From Chitinophagales bacterium (GTDB lineage Bacteria; Bacteroidota; Bacteroidia; Chitinophagales; JADIYW01), in NCBI GenBank assembly GCA_023957215.1, contig JAMLHH010000003.1, forward strand, positions 337-64,336: a stretch of DNA of 64,000 nucleotides, written 5' to 3'. The notes beneath the pieces were generated by a model. The model had not been told where the DNA came from. It worked only from the letters and a program-made list of their open reading frames with translations, and searched no databases. Every line of letters begins with the position of its first letter. The stretch's first letter is position 1. Both the position numbers and the translations under genes were made by a program. Below are positions 61,633 through 64,000 of this stretch, piece after piece.

Positions 61633-62028
61633 GATTGTGTAGCGATGTAAAATTATAGCAATACAATTTTTCTGACTCTTAGTAGTTTTTGTTTAGGTAT
61701 CGGTTCATTTTACAATAGCACGAAGTGTTTGTATTTTATGAAAAACAGTCAACATAATCTCATATATGAAGCAATATAAAAAAGTGCGACTAAGTAATTC
61801 AATGACTTTTCATATCCTCAATAACCAAAGTCTTCAAAACTTACTCTTCGAGCTTATACAGTGAAGACTTTCAGGCTATTTTCGTTCGAAAGGTATCCAA
61901 AGTATTGCAATCAGTTATTTTCATCCTCAAGCTCAGTGGCCTGTCAATCCGAGGACTTATATTCCGAGATATTCAGAAGTTGACTAATTGCTAAATCGGT
62001 ACATCCCCAAATTAGCAAATTATCTCAT

Positions 62029-63414
62029 TTACCTTCTTACTACAATGACACTACCCAAAGCCAAATTGTCTGAAAACAGATTGTTCCAATCTTTCAGCTC
62101 TTGGATGGTCACATTGTATTTTTTTGAGAGGTTGTATAAAGTATCCCCTTTTTCAACAGTATGATAGAGTGCGTCTTGTGATTTTTGTTGGTAATGGTCA
62201 GCATAGATAAGATACAAGTCTTTTTCGTAATTAAACGGATGAAGATTGAGGTCGGCAACTGTATAATCATCTTTCTGTTCTTCCATATCACCTTTTACAA
62301 GTTCTTCCTGTTTTTTACCCTCTTCCATATTACCGTTTCTAAGTGGAACAGTGATCTCCTTGATTTCATCCACAGCCTTTTTATTTTTTAAAGCCGGTTT
62401 TACCTTTGCTTTTCTATTTAAAAAAATAGTCACACCATCTGCCGGTTCTTCACCATCAGACAAATGATTTCTCTTTTGTAGCTTAGATATCTTAACGGCA
62501 TATTCCTGAGAAATATCCCATAAAGTCTGTCCGGGCAAGACCTTGTGTTTTCTTTGGGTAGCCCTGTTTTTTTTAGAAGCCAAATATACCAATTGTCCTT
62601 CTTTGACATTCTCTTTGGGTTTTAAATCATTAAAATCTCTTAACCGGTAAGCAGAGAGTCCGTTTTGTTTGGCAATGGATTCTATCGTTTCAGTTTTACT
62701 TACTCTTACAACTTTCACCCCATTATTGGTAAACACTTTTGTGGAAGCTAAAGTGACCTGCTTAGGATGTGTTTTGGGAATAATGGTAATACTTGGATTG
62801 GAAATCACTTTGACATCTTTCTTTTTCAAATCTGCCAAAATCTTCAATTCGTCCTTGTTGACATTTCCTCGATAAGTTTCCATATCCTCATCAGACAAAT
62901 CCATATCATACACAAACAACTGATTTTTCTCTATGGTAGAGATTAACATCTGGGCATATTGGGGATTGGTTGCATAGCCGGCAGCTTTTAATCCGTAAGC
63001 CCATCCTTTATAATCATTGGTTCTCAATTGAAACAAGCCTGCATATCTCGGACGAGTCAGTAAAAACTGCGAATGGTCCATATAAGATTGGACAACGTTA
63101 TCATAGACTCTGAAACATTCATCCACTGCATCATCCGTATGTTTCATACTTGCACCAATCCATCCCACATGGCATTTGATACCAAAATGATTATTACCCA
63201 AAGCTGCCAATCTACTTTTTCCCATGTTGCTCTCGTGCAAACCTTGTGCAAGTGTAATACTCGCCGGTATGCCATATTTTTTCATTTCAGACATGGCAAT
63301 GGCTTTATATTTCTGGATATAACGTTCGGCTTCCGAATCGCTTTGTGCGACAACTGTTTTTAATGTGAAAAACAATGTTGCCAAAGTCAAAAATAAGTAA
63401 GATCTAATTTTCAT
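62029..63414 (-). CDS. Peptidoglycan hydrolase: N-acetylglucosaminidase domain plus three LysM repeats
   Basis: 461 aa with a signal peptide and ITLAQGLHESNMGKSRLAALGNNHFGIKC (glucosaminidase). LysM repeats begin at VRVSKTETIESIAKQNG, HKVLPGQTLWDISQEY and YHTVEKGDTLYNLSKKY. Confidence 0.85.
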   Translation of the reverse strand: MKIRSYLFLTLATLFFTLKTVVAQSDSEAERYIQKYKAIAMSEMKKYGIPASITLAQGLHESNMGKSRLAALGNNHFGIKCHVGWIGASMKHTDDAVDECFRVYDNVVQSYMDHSQFLLTRPRYAGLFQLRTNDYKGWAYGLKAAGYATNPQYAQMLISTIEKNQLFVYDMDLSDEDMETYRGNVNKDELKILADLKKKDVKVISNPSITIIPKTHPKQVTLASTKVFTNNGVKVVRVSKTETIESIAKQNGLSAYRLRDFNDLKPKENVKEGQLVYLASKKNRATQRKHKVLPGQTLWDISQEYAVKISKLQKRNHLSDGEEPADGVTIFLNRKAKVKPALKNKKAVDEIKEITVPLRNGNMEEGKKQEELVKGDMEEQKDDYTVADLNLHPFNYEKDLYLIYADHYQQKSQDALYHTVEKGDTLYNLSKKYNVTIQELKDWNNLFSDNLALGSVIVVRR

Positions 63415-63427
63415 TTTTAATAAAAAA

Positions 63428-64000
63428 TTACTTTTTATATATCATATTAATACCGTCTCTAATAGTAATGATAACGTTTTCTACTCTCAAATCTTTTAAG
63501 ACTTTCTCATTAAAATCTCTCATCATTTTTGCTTTTCCCTTTCCATCCTCATCTACGACTTCACCTCTCCACAAAACATTGTCCACCAATATGATACCGC
63601 CACTGCGTACTTTGTCTATCACTAAATCAAAATACAATCCATAATTCACTTTATCGGCATCTATAAAAACCAAGTCAAACTGTTTGTTTATGGTAGGGAT
63701 GATTTCTGCAGCCGAGCCGGTTTTGCATAAAATTTTATCTTGAAAACCAGTGGCTTGAATAGCCTCGTTGATGAGTTCCTCTCTTTCGTCATTAATATCT
63801 ATCGTAATGAGTTGCCCATCCTCTGACAGACCCTCTGCCAAACAAATAGCGGAATATCCGGTAAAAGTTCCGATTTCAAGGATATGGGTGGGTCGTAACA
63901 TTCTGCTGATAAAAGAAAGAAAACGACCTTGCACTTTCCCGGAAAGCATATTAGGTAAAAGAACATCTTTGTAAGTCTTACGTTCTAAACCTTGCAATGC
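63428..64000 (-). CDS. Class I SAM-dependent O-methyltransferase (caffeoyl-CoA OMT-like), 5' end beyond the window
   Basis: ILEIGTFTGYSAICLAEGL and LVFIDADKVNY motifs. The frame stays open to the window edge; the ORF-track start is a TTG translated as M. Confidence 0.8.
   Translation of the reverse strand, partial: ALQGLERKTYKDVLLPNMLSGKVQGRFLSFISRMLRPTHILEIGTFTGYSAICLAEGLSEDGQLITIDINDEREELINEAIQATGFQDKILCKTGSAAEIIPTINKQFDLVFIDADKVNYGLYFDLVIDKVRSGGIILVDNVLWRGEVVDEDGKGKAKMMRDFNEKVLKDLRVENVIITIRDGINMIYKK

Noticed and set aside
61862-61864. TGA as a selenocysteine codon in the small relic frame
   Set aside because: Only a weak 5-bp stem (CTTTC...GAAAG) follows the TGA. There are no sel genes in the window, and the frame matches no selenoprotein I recognise.

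Overview
AT-rich (about one-third GC by eye) chromosomal segment from a Bacteroidota bacterium, mostly core genome. Read mainly on the minus strand, it holds: secDF (partial), a cluster of secreted or T9SS-sorted hydrolases, uvrB, the gliding/T9SS core operon porP(sprF)-gldK-gldL-gldM-gldN, hemW, the glyoxylate-shunt pair aceB-aceA, an IS630-family element inside a toxin-antitoxin locus, a 1752-aa T9SS-sorted subtilase, and the conserved block rpsU-xer-hpf-tRNA(Thr,Tyr,Gly,Thr)-tuf-tRNA(Trp)-secE-nusG-rplKAJL-rpoBC, followed by envelope and housekeeping genes. I found no CRISPR array, rRNA, prophage or recognisable multi-gene defence island, and I cannot support a new multi-gene system. The unusual signal is gene disruption of an odd kind. 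Seven premature stop codons (6 TAA, 1 TAG) keep the reading frame in four genes: gldN has 4, and gldK, one esterase paralog and the IS630 transposase have 1 each. There are also four 1-nt frameshifts at or near homopolymer or purine-rich runs: one in each tandem esterase paralog and two in the transposase. Two essential T9SS core components are therefore nominally broken while gldL, gldM, porP and large T9SS cargo genes are intact. TAA is a genuine terminator of tuf, rpoB, rplL, rplK and gldM, and none of the five tRNAs here is a suppressor, so code reassignment is excluded. Recent pseudogenisation, local readthrough or consensus error remain open. A second clean observation is that the IS630 element sits inside a DUF2281-type antitoxin gene. 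In-silico excision at its TA duplication restores a 77-codon antitoxin frame, and the downstream PIN (VapC) toxin gene is intact.
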